DNA of 64,000 nucleotides from a virus (IMGVR_UViG_3300005683_000068:1-64000); one strand, 5' to 3'; shown: positions 1 through 10,273, counted from the first letter of the stretch. A program made the numbers and translations. The notes: a model not told the origin generated them from the letters alone.

Positions 1-242
1 TCCTCATCATCCCAATCATCAATATCAGAATTATCCTCCTCATCCCCATCTTCTTCGTCCTCGTCCTCATCACCAGCATTCAATTCATCTCCTACCTGGT
101 CACAGATTTTCTTCATGTAAGGATCAGAAACACCCTCACCATCTGGCCAGCGGTAATCTTGTATATCAAGATTACCTTCATCATCAATGTCTGGATTATA
201 AAGTTGCTCTTCACTTAGTTTTGCGTCGTGTCTTACCGCCAT
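1..242 (-). CDS. Acidic (D/E-rich) hypothetical protein, runs off the left edge
   Basis: Not in the ORF track. ATG at 242 is preceded by GGAGG; frame is open to the edge (MAVRHDAKLSEEQLYNPDIDDEG...DEDEDEEDGDEED). Confidence 0.7.
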   Translation of the reverse strand, partial: MAVRHDAKLSEEQLYNPDIDDEGNLDIQDYRWPDGEGVSDPYMKKICDQVGDELNAGDEDEDEEDGDEEDNSDIDDWDDE

Positions 243-3200
243 TGTTATCCTCCTTCTTAGTTGAAGATAATGTGTTTAACCAAGGCTTCCATACTTCTGG
301 ATGAATATAACTCTTGAAAGCCATTCCAGGAGTATTATTTAGATGATCTGATACCATACCAGATAATTCAAGTTGTGCCTTTTTAAGAATTTTTACGTCC
401 TTTGCTTCATCACCAGTAAATTCAGGATGCTCATACTCATCAATTAGCTTTCTGGCAATCTGAGTGGCTTTGATTGTTCGGAGGTCCTTCACTGATATAT
501 CTTCAGAACCACCTACTTTATTGAAAATCTTTTTGAGAACTTCATTTGCATGACTGCTATTAGCCTCAGTAAATACAAAGTCTTTAGGCATTTTACCGGC
601 AAGCATTTCTTTTAGGAATGCTACATTGGTAGGATCCTTCACAGTTGTTTTGTTCAACACACCTTCCTTACCAACAAATCTCAATTGAACAGCATCCCCT
701 TTGATTGTGCAATGTCTGGCTTGGAGGGACGAGATTCCAAAATGACCATGCTTTACAGAATCAGCACTATCAGTTGGTCGTAATCCAGTCTCTCTAATCA
801 AATTAGCAATAGCGGCAGCCTGCCGTTCCCTAGATGAGAGTTGTTTCGTTTTCATTGCCTTGTCTAAGTAGGAATGCAATTTTGATAGATGAGGTTCAAT
901 AGTTGTAATTCTTTCCCACTTCTCATCCTGATTTTCTTCTCTTGTTTCTTTGGTGTATCTAGCCTGGTAAGAAAACCGTCCAGGTGTTTTCTCACTTTCT
1001 TGTCTCCAAGACAACAATGACTTCCCTTTGAGTTTTTCAGGCGGTTGTGACAAATCAGCCACCTTAATATCACTCATTGAAATATATGCTGGAGGAAATG
1101 TTCCTTCCATATCAAGGTCTTTAAGCTTCTTCTTTAGTTTCTCAGGCATTTGAGAACCGGGAGCGGTTCTTTTATCAGTAGGAAATCCATTAGCTTTTAG
1201 ACCAGCCTTAATATGCGGAGGTGGATCATAAGACTTCTTTGGTTTTTCTGTTGTCTTGTTTTTCTCTGATTTCTTAGCCAGTTTGGGATTAGCTTTGATA
1301 TGCCGAGCAACACTACCAGCCCGTAATTTTGCTTTGTCCTCTGGAGTCAAGGATTCAATAACGTCTTCTGGTATCCATTCTCCAGGAGCATACTTAACTC
1401 CATGAATAGTTACACCCCCTGGAGGAGCATGAAGTTTTCCTTGAGCATCACGCTTACCAAATCCCACACTCTCCTCATGCTGCTCAACTTTCTTCAATTT
1501 AGTGTAGTAATGTGGATCCTCAGTCAAATGGTCCATTGCTATTTCAAGAGCAATCTTAGGATCATTAGTATGCTCCATTTCTACTTTGATTCCCATTGCT
1601 ACTTGCTCTGGATCAAAGTCTTCTGGTTTGGCTTTATCCCCTTTACCTCCAGGAATCTTATCTTCCCTAAACTGTGCTGCTCCAGTTAAAGGAATAAAGG
1701 TATGGGTTCCATTCTTATCACTAAATACCAACCGATTGAAGACAGCGGCTTCACCATACAAACTATTTAGTTTGTTGGAATAATAAGGACCCAATCCAGG
1801 CTTCACATACGCAATAGTGATATGTGGTTTGTAGTCCGGGAATGTATCAGTGCATTCTAGGTTATCAGAAATGTACTTGTTGAGTTTTCGCAAGCCGCTA
1901 GATTCAACTTCCAATTTGACTACATCATAATCAGGCTTACCGTCCTTGTTTCTGCTTTCAAAGAAAGAACATCTGCCAATTTGAATTGCTACAGGAGCCT
2001 GTGATTGAACAACAGTACGGACTTCGTCCGCATCCTCAGTATGCAATCCATATTTAACTGTTACATGAGGATTGAGTACTCGCCCTGTAATACTATCATC
2101 CCCATAATCTGTTGGTTGCAAATCTACAAGATCAATCTGATCTCCAAGTTGACGAATCTTAAAGGTTAGATCACCAACAAGATTAAACTGGGTGCTTGAA
2201 AACTTGTGGGATGCTTCACCAAATTGAATGTTACCTTGTGGAGCAGCTTCTTGTTGTTGTGGTACTTCTTGCGGTACTTGTGAAGGCTGCCCACCTATCG
2301 CTCCACCTCCCATCGGACTACCAGCAGCATTTCCAGCAAATGATTTCACTAGATCAACTGGATCAATTTCAAACTCAACATCACCTCCCCAGTTCAACCA
2401 AGCCAAAGGACGCAAAACCTGATCCCGAATACATTGAACAATATCACTTGCTTCATTGTTACACACACTCAACAAGACAAGGAAAGGAATACTCCTGCCT
2501 GAGTAACCACTACCTGTATCTGCCGCTTTTACTACTTCAATTGGAACATCCGCACCTTTAAGAATATCATCATCACAATAATCAACCCAATTGAAAATAT
2601 CACTAGCACCAGGAACACCAGTTGGAGGATTATATCGAGTCAATTCTTTACCATTACTATCCAATAGTAATGGCAGAGTCAATGCAGCCCCAGATAATCT
2701 ATTCTCTCCAATTTCCCTCATCAAATCACGCCACGGAATAGTTTGTCCATTGGGCAATTGGGCATTTACATTCGGAGGATACCAAAAAATATCTCCAATA
2801 TAAGCATCCTTAATCATCCTCAATTGAACAAGCCGTTTGGCACCATGATCCATCCATTTCTCATACCAAGCAGGATATTGCCGACGTGTAACAGCATGAC
2901 CATACGGGCTGCCAAACTCCTCATTGAACTTCATCCACAAACACTGTGGATGGAACATAGGAATTCCTTTGATACGCTGTCCACATAGTTTATTCTTATA
3001 TTCAAGGGCACGGGCATCCTCTGGTGCAAAGTCTTTAAGCCCAGATACATCAATCAATCCAGTATGTTTATTCATCTTAAATAAACATTGGAGAGGTGCG
3101 AATCCCCATTTCTTTGCACTAACAACCCTAGTACGATGTTGATTCCAAAGGTAGTTCCATTGCTTCTTTACCCAAGTAGCTACTCTTTCATTCTTTGCCT

Positions 3201-3522
3201 TTACTGTAACCTCCAAAGCAGACAAGGCAGCATTGCGAACATTCAAGCTAAAATTGATAATAGGATCACTTGTCAACATCATTCTAGCAGTCCACAACCT
3301 CCACAAAGGAAGTCGTTGGACAAACAACTCACCATAGTAAGTATATCTTGTGCTCTTATAGTTCTCAGTAGGATCAGTAGTAAGAATCTGCTCCTTAATC
3401 TGAGAACGACTACGCCGACGTGTTTTCACTTCCATTGAAGTGGTCTGAGCGTCAGTATTATCTCCAGCAACAAGGATACTCTTATCCTTAAATTTATCAG
3501 TCTTTCCATTTGATTTGCTCAC
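211..3522 (-). CDS. Portal protein (Mu gp29/DUF935-like) fused to Acb1-like 2H phosphoesterase, DUF5661-like domain and type IB DNA topoisomerase
   Basis: aa1-~400 portal-like (KKWGFAPLQ, FGSPYG, YPAWYEK). 2H motifs HVTV and HITI (FPDYKPHITIAY). GIKVEMEHT...IAMDHLTEDPHYYTKL. TopIB catalytic set TGLR, FVGK, KDLRT, LNNT, KSYIHP. Confidence 0.8.
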   Translation of the reverse strand: MSKSNGKTDKFKDKSILVAGDNTDAQTTSMEVKTRRRSRSQIKEQILTTDPTENYKSTRYTYYGELFVQRLPLWRLWTARMMLTSDPIINFSLNVRNAALSALEVTVKAKNERVATWVKKQWNYLWNQHRTRVVSAKKWGFAPLQCLFKMNKHTGLIDVSGLKDFAPEDARALEYKNKLCGQRIKGIPMFHPQCLWMKFNEEFGSPYGHAVTRRQYPAWYEKWMDHGAKRLVQLRMIKDAYIGDIFWYPPNVNAQLPNGQTIPWRDLMREIGENRLSGAALTLPLLLDSNGKELTRYNPPTGVPGASDIFNWVDYCDDDILKGADVPIEVVKAADTGSGYSGRSIPFLVLLSVCNNEASDIVQCIRDQVLRPLAWLNWGGDVEFEIDPVDLVKSFAGNAAGSPMGGGAIGGQPSQVPQEVPQQQEAAPQGNIQFGEASHKFSSTQFNLVGDLTFKIRQLGDQIDLVDLQPTDYGDDSITGRVLNPHVTVKYGLHTEDADEVRTVVQSQAPVAIQIGRCSFFESRNKDGKPDYDVVKLEVESSGLRKLNKYISDNLECTDTFPDYKPHITIAYVKPGLGPYYSNKLNSLYGEAAVFNRLVFSDKNGTHTFIPLTGAAQFREDKIPGGKGDKAKPEDFDPEQVAMGIKVEMEHTNDPKIALEIAMDHLTEDPHYYTKLKKVEQHEESVGFGKRDAQGKLHAPPGGVTIHGVKYAPGEWIPEDVIESLTPEDKAKLRAGSVARHIKANPKLAKKSEKNKTTEKPKKSYDPPPHIKAGLKANGFPTDKRTAPGSQMPEKLKKKLKDLDMEGTFPPAYISMSDIKVADLSQPPEKLKGKSLLSWRQESEKTPGRFSYQARYTKETREENQDEKWERITTIEPHLSKLHSYLDKAMKTKQLSSRERQAAAIANLIRETGLRPTDSADSVKHGHFGISSLQARHCTIKGDAVQLRFVGKEGVLNKTTVKDPTNVAFLKEMLAGKMPKDFVFTEANSSHANEVLKKIFNKVGGSEDISVKDLRTIKATQIARKLIDEYEHPEFTGDEAKDVKILKKAQLELSGMVSDHLNNTPGMAFKSYIHPEVWKPWLNTLSSTKKEDNNGGKTRRKTK

Positions 3523-4063
3523 AACAACTTCTCCCTTTGTAGCTCTCTGAGTTTGACCGCCTCACGGGCTCTAATCAAAACCTGAGTTGCTAATTCCATG
3601 TTATCAGTTCTGGCAAGAATCTGATTGTATAATCCTTCAGGTGTTTTGTTATCTAACAGTGATAATTGCTCTTGTTCGTAAGCAAGCACAAACGGGATAT
3701 TAGCTATCCAACTTTCCTTCTCCTCTATTGTCCACTGCTGGAAATCACTGGGGATTCCTGGATAGTAACGGGCAAGGAGACAATCGCTTCTAATTTTTTT
3801 TTGCGATCATCCAATGATTTAATAATGCAACGATTTATACACTCAGTAAACTCCAACGCCATATTTTCAGCAAGATCACTATTACTCAACGACAATTTTT
3901 CAGCTAAGTAATCTATGATAAATCTGACCCGTCCACTTTGGGTAGGCTGCTGCTGAGCCTTCTCCAACATTCTACGAGCCTCAAAAATGTCAACCTTTAC
4001 TGAAGTTTCTCCATCCGGTGTTGTTAGTGTCAAAAACTCAGGTTTGCTAAGATGCAATTCCAT
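3519..4063 (-). CDS. -1 frameshift extended product (tail assembly chaperone GT-like)
   Basis: A9 slippery run at 3794-3802 (CGC AAA AAA AAA TTA). The -1 frame stays open (IRSDCLLARYYPGIPSDFQQW...REKLL) to a TGA overlapping the portal GTG. Confidence 0.7.
3725..4063 (-). CDS. Putative tail assembly chaperone (G-like, unshifted product)
   Basis: 112-aa ORF with a slippery site near its 3' end, in the structural operon. Confidence 0.55.
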   Translation of the reverse strand: MELHLSKPEFLTLTTPDGETSVKVDIFEARRMLEKAQQQPTQSGRVRFIIDYLAEKLSLSNSDLAENMALEFTECINRCIIKSLDDRKKKLEAIVSLPVTIQESPVISSSGQ

Positions 4064-4072
4064 ACATTCCTC

Positions 4073-5968
4073 TTACAACTCTAGGGGTTTAGAAGGATCA
4101 ATTGGAGTGGAAGACGACAACACAGTCCCAACATCCGTCTTGGCTTTATTAGGAACTCCTCGCAATCTGTAAATGTCGTAGCCTTTCACTTTGTAAACTT
4201 TACACCCAAATACCTCAAATGACAACTGAGGTGGTGTTTTCTTGCTTCCAACACAATCTAACTCACAATCAATATCAACCCCACCATAACTCTTAATCAA
4301 TGGAAAAACAGGGTAAGCACCATATCTCAGTGCTGCAAATTTAACAGCAACGTAAACAACAGGCAACCCTTGTCTTTCTGATATGTGTGCGTCCTGAGAA
4401 CTGACTGTTACTGGAGGGGCCGTTTCATTTCCGGGAAGCAAATCACCAGGAGATCCGACTTCAGAAAACACTGCTTGTTTATGATAATTGTTTCCTTCAA
4501 CTCTTCTCACTTCAATCTCTAACCCATAAGACAACCAACCAGCACTATGTAAGACCTTCCCATCTGCACCAGTAGGTAGTGGGGGGCATGTCATGGAAGG
4601 AAGGCCTTGTGACAACACAGGTCTTGGAACACTACTAGTATCACCTATTGTTTTCTCTTGTACCCCAGAACAATAATTCAAATAATCAACATCTTTAAGA
4701 ACAGTTCCAATTCCAGACACGCCTCTATTATTCCACAAAGGCTTCATTGAATTAGCCCAAGCATTATAATCCTGACTACCAAAAGAATCATAAACAGGAG
4801 GGCCTGTCAACGTGGTATTGAAGCCTTCAAACAAGTTACACGAATTCAAATTCTCCCAAAAGTTGTTTTGTACCATCCAAGTTATACTAGCCGAAGTGAC
4901 CCTACAATCATCAAACTTTTGATTTGACATTGTAAAATTCACAGGAATAACAACAATGGACTGCCCGCTGCTAGACCTTCTCACCGTTCCATCTGGATAA
5001 TGTGTAAGCTGCCTTTGTTTGCAAATCGCAGCCATTATGAAATACTGACCGGCTAGAGAACGAGCCACATAAGGACTGGTCTTGAGCACCATACTCATAG
5101 TCACAAATCCTTGTGACATGGTTGCGTTTTGAATGCCGCCACTGGAACTAAATTGCAACTCACCTTTTGCCAAAGTCATTCCAGTAGGTAAATCATCCCC
5201 AGGAAGATATTGGTCTATTACATTAAAGATCAGTTCGCTTTTATCATCAGTTTCATTCCAAGTATTACTAAGTCTTCTGAAATTTGGAGGGACTGTAATA
5301 GTCAACTTATCCCTCATACGATCAGCAGTAATTGTTCTATTGTTATTTTGGGTGTTTCGTTTTTGAACCACCTTAATAGAACCGCTTATGTTTCTTGTTG
5401 TGATACCTTCAAAATCATGGGACCAAGTGGTTGTGTAATTAAATGCCATCCAATACTGATAATCATAATCTGCTTCAACATCATGGCATTCAGAAGTAAA
5501 AAACTGCACAGACCAAGTCAATTCCCAGCAAATATCACTAATAGGAACCAGACTAATTTCTATAGGTTTAGGGCCATTATCCAAATCAGAATAAGTAACA
5601 ACAACTGCTTTAGATGAGTCATATCCAACGGCTCCCATACCTAAACCAAGATTAGATACTCTCAAAATCCTTCCTGGAGTTCCTAATAGTTTTCGTAGTG
5701 CTATCATATTCTCACCAAGATTAGAAGGGTTATCCTGAAACACCCAACATCTTACTGTGAGAACATTATCTATACCGATGATGTTTACATTTGCTCTGTC
5801 ATAACGAAATCTCTGTTTCATTTCATACATAGGAGGAGTTGCCCGAAAAACAACATTCCCTGATCCTATGATAGCAGTAACAGAAGCCGCATCACTTCCT
5901 CCAAACTGGACACCGTTGTATTCAACAGTATGGAAAGACAAAGGGGCGTTGAGAACATTGGTGGCCAT
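4073..5968 (-). CDS. Putative virion (tail/baseplate) structural protein
   Basis: 631 aa, beta-rich composition, directly after the tape-measure-like gene; no family recognised. Confidence 0.45.
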   Translation of the reverse strand: MATNVLNAPLSFHTVEYNGVQFGGSDAASVTAIIGSGNVVFRATPPMYEMKQRFRYDRANVNIIGIDNVLTVRCWVFQDNPSNLGENMIALRKLLGTPGRILRVSNLGLGMGAVGYDSSKAVVVTYSDLDNGPKPIEISLVPISDICWELTWSVQFFTSECHDVEADYDYQYWMAFNYTTTWSHDFEGITTRNISGSIKVVQKRNTQNNNRTITADRMRDKLTITVPPNFRRLSNTWNETDDKSELIFNVIDQYLPGDDLPTGMTLAKGELQFSSSGGIQNATMSQGFVTMSMVLKTSPYVARSLAGQYFIMAAICKQRQLTHYPDGTVRRSSSGQSIVVIPVNFTMSNQKFDDCRVTSASITWMVQNNFWENLNSCNLFEGFNTTLTGPPVYDSFGSQDYNAWANSMKPLWNNRGVSGIGTVLKDVDYLNYCSGVQEKTIGDTSSVPRPVLSQGLPSMTCPPLPTGADGKVLHSAGWLSYGLEIEVRRVEGNNYHKQAVFSEVGSPGDLLPGNETAPPVTVSSQDAHISERQGLPVVYVAVKFAALRYGAYPVFPLIKSYGGVDIDCELDCVGSKKTPPQLSFEVFGCKVYKVKGYDIYRLRGVPNKAKTDVGTVLSSSTPIDPSKPLEL

Positions 5969-5970
5969 TT

Positions 5971-7416
5971 TTAATCACCCAAAGATTCAGTCGTAATCCA
6001 AGGTTTTATAAAGTCCGGGAAGTCTTGAAGTTCATATTCTCTCCAATCCACCTCTGGTACTTGTGGGATAATATCCATGAAACCGCCTTGTATTTTTTCA
6101 TGGATGTTTACACCAGTTCCAGCATTACGAAGATTATCAATAACCTCCTCCCTAGCCCTTCTTAACTTCTCCCATTCTTCTCTAGCTGCTTCGGGACCTT
6201 CTCTAATTGCTATAAGAACATTGTTCCACGAATCCTTCCAATTAACAAAGAATTGCCCCCACCAATTATTAAAATCCCTCCATGAATCAGAAACTCTCAT
6301 AGCTTGCGATTCTGATGCAGCAATTTGAGGGCCATATTCCTGAGCGGTTTGTATGTTCCGCATCATGCGAGCAATATGAGATTCAGTTACAGCTATTGCT
6401 ACCTCTGGACTGTAACCCATTGTATCTTGAACACGCTGATTCTGAAAATAAGAACCAGCAGCAACACCAGCAGCCCCAATAGCACCAACAGCAGCTACAC
6501 CTCCCAATACTGTAGCTCCTATACCAACCGCTGTTGAAGATAACCCCAATGCCGCAGCAGCTTCGGCGGTAGCTGTAGAAGCAGCAGGTATCGCTGGACT
6601 AATAGTGCTTGTTATAGCTTGTCCTACTGGTCCGGATACATTCCCTGCTATGTTATTTATTCTACTTAATGCGTTCTGGACACCGTAGGAATCAATCTTC
6701 CCCTGCTCACTATCTCCTTCCCCTTGTACTGGAGGGGCTATTTTTTCTGATTCAGATATTATCTGTTCTTTTGTAAGAGGGGGTGGTTTTGGTATGTCAT
6801 ACTTGGCAGCACGCAACACCTCGTCTAATTCCTGTTGCTGCCTCATCCTAGCAGCCATTTCATCACGATGATCCTGAATCCGCGATTGCCTATCAAGTTC
6901 GGCTTGTTGTGCTAAGGAATCATTGTATTCCTTAGATGCTTGGCGTATCCGTTCCTCATCATTCAAATCTGTTTCTAAAGAACGTAAATATGGATCACGA
7001 TATGGTGCCTTTGGGAACTCATAACGCCGCATCTCATCCAAGATGTCATTTAAGGGTCTAGCCTCAGTGCGTATTTTTACATCTACCTGTGATTCTCTCT
7101 CAGCTATTTTTTGAAGATAGCTTTGAATTAAAGCATCATCTCCAGGTCTAGATAACTGATACGGAAAACTAGATTCCTGTGAAGGTTCTACTGAAGTGGC
7201 AATTGAAGGTATCTGAGGAATGGCAACAACCTGTTGCCACATTTGCCCTTTATCAACAAAGGCACCAACACCACCAGCAGACGTGTAAACCCCCTGGATC
7301 CCTTGAGCGTAATTAAGATCAGAGGGTGGATTGGGAAGGGGTCCAGTAGAACTATAACCAGTAGCCCCTACAGAAGATTCATCTTTGAATCTGATTACTA
7401 AGGAGGCTTCTTCCAT
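5971..7416 (-). CDS. Short tape-measure-like / ejection protein
   Basis: Helical charged segments plus an Ala/Gly hydrophobic stretch (AAAALGLSSTAVGIGATVLGGVAAVGAIGAAGVAAG); follows the tube-like gene. Confidence 0.45.
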   Translation of the reverse strand: MEEASLVIRFKDESSVGATGYSSTGPLPNPPSDLNYAQGIQGVYTSAGGVGAFVDKGQMWQQVVAIPQIPSIATSVEPSQESSFPYQLSRPGDDALIQSYLQKIAERESQVDVKIRTEARPLNDILDEMRRYEFPKAPYRDPYLRSLETDLNDEERIRQASKEYNDSLAQQAELDRQSRIQDHRDEMAARMRQQQELDEVLRAAKYDIPKPPPLTKEQIISESEKIAPPVQGEGDSEQGKIDSYGVQNALSRINNIAGNVSGPVGQAITSTISPAIPAASTATAEAAAALGLSSTAVGIGATVLGGVAAVGAIGAAGVAAGSYFQNQRVQDTMGYSPEVAIAVTESHIARMMRNIQTAQEYGPQIAASESQAMRVSDSWRDFNNWWGQFFVNWKDSWNNVLIAIREGPEAAREEWEKLRRAREEVIDNLRNAGTGVNIHEKIQGGFMDIIPQVPEVDWREYELQDFPDFIKPWITTESLGD

Positions 7417-7417
7417 T

Positions 7418-8044
7418 TTAGGTATCGTTAAAGAATCGTGCTTGACTAGTTGCTAGACCACTGGCATTGACAATGGCAGAATCTGCTTCATCTATCACAG
7501 GAAGACAAGCCACAGCTACAACCACATTTCGTTCCATTGCCCCCATAATAATTTCTAGATTATGAGTAGGAAGCACTGATACAAAAGGATATGTCCTAGT
7601 AATAGGTCCATAAGTTGCGGCTTGTGATCCAGGTAACGCAGTTAAAGTCAATGGGGCACAGAATTGATGCAGCATCGTTCCAGGACGAGGCATCAAACCA
7701 TGATCAGGATTTGCAGTTAGGGAGGGTTTTCCTGTAGTGGTGTTAAAACCACCAAATGGCCACAAGAATCGTCTTGTATTAGTAGTCCACTCCTTAATGG
7801 TAAGCAGTCCATAGCAACCACCTCCTTGAATCACCCAATCAATAATAGTCTGTCCCCATTGACTAGCCCTGACAGGAATGCCTTCCACTCTTTGTTGGAG
7901 ACGAACCACACCTTCCAACAAACCTATATTGAGAGCACCTCCAGTTAATTGGGAACTGCCCCAAGTAGCATGATAAGGTCCAGAAGGAATCAGAGGTCCG
8001 TCATTAGTAACCCCAGCACCGGAATAAATAATACTCTGTGTCAC
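7418..8044 (-). CDS. Putative tail tube protein
   Basis: 208 aa, G/T/P-rich beta-type sequence (LNIGLLEGVVRL...WGQTIIDWVIQGG); position after the neck genes. Confidence 0.45.
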   Translation of the reverse strand: MTQSIIYSGAGVTNDGPLIPSGPYHATWGSSQLTGGALNIGLLEGVVRLQQRVEGIPVRASQWGQTIIDWVIQGGGCYGLLTIKEWTTNTRRFLWPFGGFNTTTGKPSLTANPDHGLMPRPGTMLHQFCAPLTLTALPGSQAATYGPITRTYPFVSVLPTHNLEIIMGAMERNVVVAVACLPVIDEADSAIVNASGLATSQARFFNDT

Positions 8045-8054
8045 AAACTAACTC

Positions 8055-8351
8055 CTATGCAAGAGGATTCACATGAAGACCACGAGATTCCAAAGCCCCA
8101 GCAATGTCCTCATTGGTTACATTTACAATTGATGCTCCTTCACAACCATCAACAAAAACTGCCAGTTTGTGAAGATCATCCAATTTCATACCATCAAGAA
8201 CATAACCATAATGAGACAAACCAAATTCAGGATTCCAAGCAACAGGACTAACCTTCAAAGGCTGCCCTTTCAAAAACCCAGTCAAACCACCCTGATCCAA
8301 AAGATCAGCATTGGTATTCGCCTTACGAACTAAAAGAATCTTCATACACAA
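8055..8351 (-). CDS. Hypothetical protein
   Basis: ORF tightly packed in the operon. Confidence 0.6.
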   Translation of the reverse strand: MCMKILLVRKANTNADLLDQGGLTGFLKGQPLKVSPVAWNPEFGLSHYGYVLDGMKLDDLHKLAVFVDGCEGASIVNVTNEDIAGALESRGLHVNPLA

Positions 8352-8367
8352 CTCCTCTTTTTGTCAA

Positions 8368-8871
8368 TCATTTACACAATACATCACCAGTCTCAGGATT
8401 GAATTCAAGAGGCTGATCCGGCACAGTCTCTTGAAGCATCTTCATGGACACTTTGATGTTGTCTGTGAAGTATTCGGTATTGCGTTCCGAAAATTGGATC
8501 GCATGTTTGATCTGACTGTGTTTGGCATGATACTGCTTGATATTACTCACCAGATCATGCTGACGTTGGGTTTGAGGTTCAAATAGCTTGAGCATTGTTT
8601 GCTCCTGTTCAGAGTGTGCGGTTGTTTTAGGAAGTCTATAACAACCTTGTGAAGAAAACATGCATTTTCCACCTTGCTTTTGAATATGATTAGCCAATGA
8701 CTTAGAACTAACACCTTCAACATCAAAGTGGTTAATGTGAGACAACGTGTTTTGTATTGTTCCTACACGCTTGTTCTTTTCCTTGATATGTGTTGTGTGT
8801 TCTCCGTCGTGATCTAATTCAAAACCAGCCTTCTCAAGATGGTTTTTATGTGCATCTAGCCAGTGTGGCAT
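8368..8871 (-). CDS. His-rich putative internal head protein with QFSE motif
   Basis: His-rich; contains IQFSE (8485-8496), the motif shared with the portal and protease linkers. Confidence 0.45.
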   Translation of the reverse strand: MPHWLDAHKNHLEKAGFELDHDGEHTTHIKEKNKRVGTIQNTLSHINHFDVEGVSSKSLANHIQKQGGKCMFSSQGCYRLPKTTAHSEQEQTMLKLFEPQTQRQHDLVSNIKQYHAKHSQIKHAIQFSERNTEYFTDNIKVSMKMLQETVPDQPLEFNPETGDVLCK

Positions 8872-8875
8872 GTTG

Positions 8876-9445
8876 TTACCCTTGTGCTCCAGAACGTAAG
8901 TTCTGTTCTCTGTCTAAACCACGGAAAGTTAATACATATCCAAACCATGCCGATGTTGAATTATCATCGGCGATGCCTAATGTTTCAATTCTGCCGCGTC
9001 CTTTGTAAAACAACGGACGATTGAACTGTACTCCCATTTCTGAATTTGCAAGACTGAAGTAGGCATTCAATGCTTGCATAAACAGGTAGTTGGCGTGTAA
9101 TCCATTCCAACTTGGTAACATCACCCTTTGATAATAATCCGTCAGCATGAAGGATCGTATCAAATAAGGATCATTGGTTATTTTCAGTGTTCCTCGAAGG
9201 TCTTTGATTGCTAGATGTTCCGGTCTCATCCAAATAGCAACATTGATCCTCAGTATTTCTTTGATGCTATCGGTAAGTTCGTTTCCAACTTCTATACCAG
9301 CATCATCAATTGCAATGTAAAAATTACCAGCATCTAATGCCGGTTTGTATTCATACTGGACACCACATTCATTTGCCTTCCAACCATTCTTCTTCCTAAA
9401 CCAATCCTGGCAGTATTCCAACGCCATAGACATTCCCATACTCAT
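8876..9445 (-). CDS. Putative tail terminator/completion protein
   Basis: Size and position after the Mu gpG-like gene. Confidence 0.4.
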   Translation of the reverse strand: MSMGMSMALEYCQDWFRKKNGWKANECGVQYEYKPALDAGNFYIAIDDAGIEVGNELTDSIKEILRINVAIWMRPEHLAIKDLRGTLKITNDPYLIRSFMLTDYYQRVMLPSWNGLHANYLFMQALNAYFSLANSEMGVQFNRPLFYKGRGRIETLGIADDNSTSAWFGYVLTFRGLDREQNLRSGAQG

Positions 9446-10269
9446 GGCGTTCCTCCTTGATAAATTTCACCTATACGAGCCAGTCCAGAAATAGCCATGC
9501 CAAGAATTTGTCTCCACCAATCATTAGGAAACTTCTCAGGCCACAATCTACGTCGTTTGTTTTTGTTCTTAGCATTATGATGGTAACTCATGTACTTCAC
9601 ATTTGTACCAACCACAATACAATCTGGCTCAACATCAAATCTTTGTTCACTGCCACCCTTACCTCCGGGTTTCTCATACTTAGCTTTAGGACCATTTTCA
9701 TATAAGATGCCTGGAGTTAAACTACCCCGCCCGCGTCCTGTGTCCACTAGAATCTGTACTTTGCGATTACCATACACTTCCAACTTAGTTTTAGCCCCAC
9801 GCTCCTTCATAATAATCCATGCAACAGCAGCGGCATGGGACTTGGCTTCTTGTTCTGTATGTCCCCTCAACATATATCTAGCAAGATAACGTGAGTAGAT
9901 TTGTCTCCATTCTTTATACTGCTGAGATGTTAGTAATCCTTTCTTATTACCAGGGCCATAATGATGAGCACGCCCTAGCCCTGCTTCTTTCTTCAAAGAA
10001 GCCATTTCGCCTTGACCAAATCTACGTCCGTAAGCAAGATATTCTTTAGAGAGAGGAGGCCAAACAGTTCCATCTGCACCTTCAAAACCACGAGACAGTT
10101 CTTCAAAGTTGAACTTTACTAGTTCCAAAACCTTAAAACCAATCCGTAGCTTAAAGCCTTCAGCTATTTGGTTTTCATCACTAATGCGGCCAGAAAGAAT
10201 CCCAGGCAAGTTGCGGATTAGAGCACGCAAAGCTGGTTTGTTATCTGAAGTAATAACAGCTTCTGGCAT
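9442..10269 (-). CDS. Phage virion morphogenesis protein (Mu gpG / tail completion-like)
   Basis: Motifs WPPLS..Y, ILVDTGR.RGS, VGTNVKY..YH. Confidence 0.7.
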   Translation of the reverse strand: MPEAVITSDNKPALRALIRNLPGILSGRISDENQIAEGFKLRIGFKVLELVKFNFEELSRGFEGADGTVWPPLSKEYLAYGRRFGQGEMASLKKEAGLGRAHHYGPGNKKGLLTSQQYKEWRQIYSRYLARYMLRGHTEQEAKSHAAAVAWIIMKERGAKTKLEVYGNRKVQILVDTGRGRGSLTPGILYENGPKAKYEKPGGKGGSEQRFDVEPDCIVVGTNVKYMSYHHNAKNKNKRRRLWPEKFPNDWWRQILGMAISGLARIGEIYQGGTP

Positions 10270-10273
10270 GACA

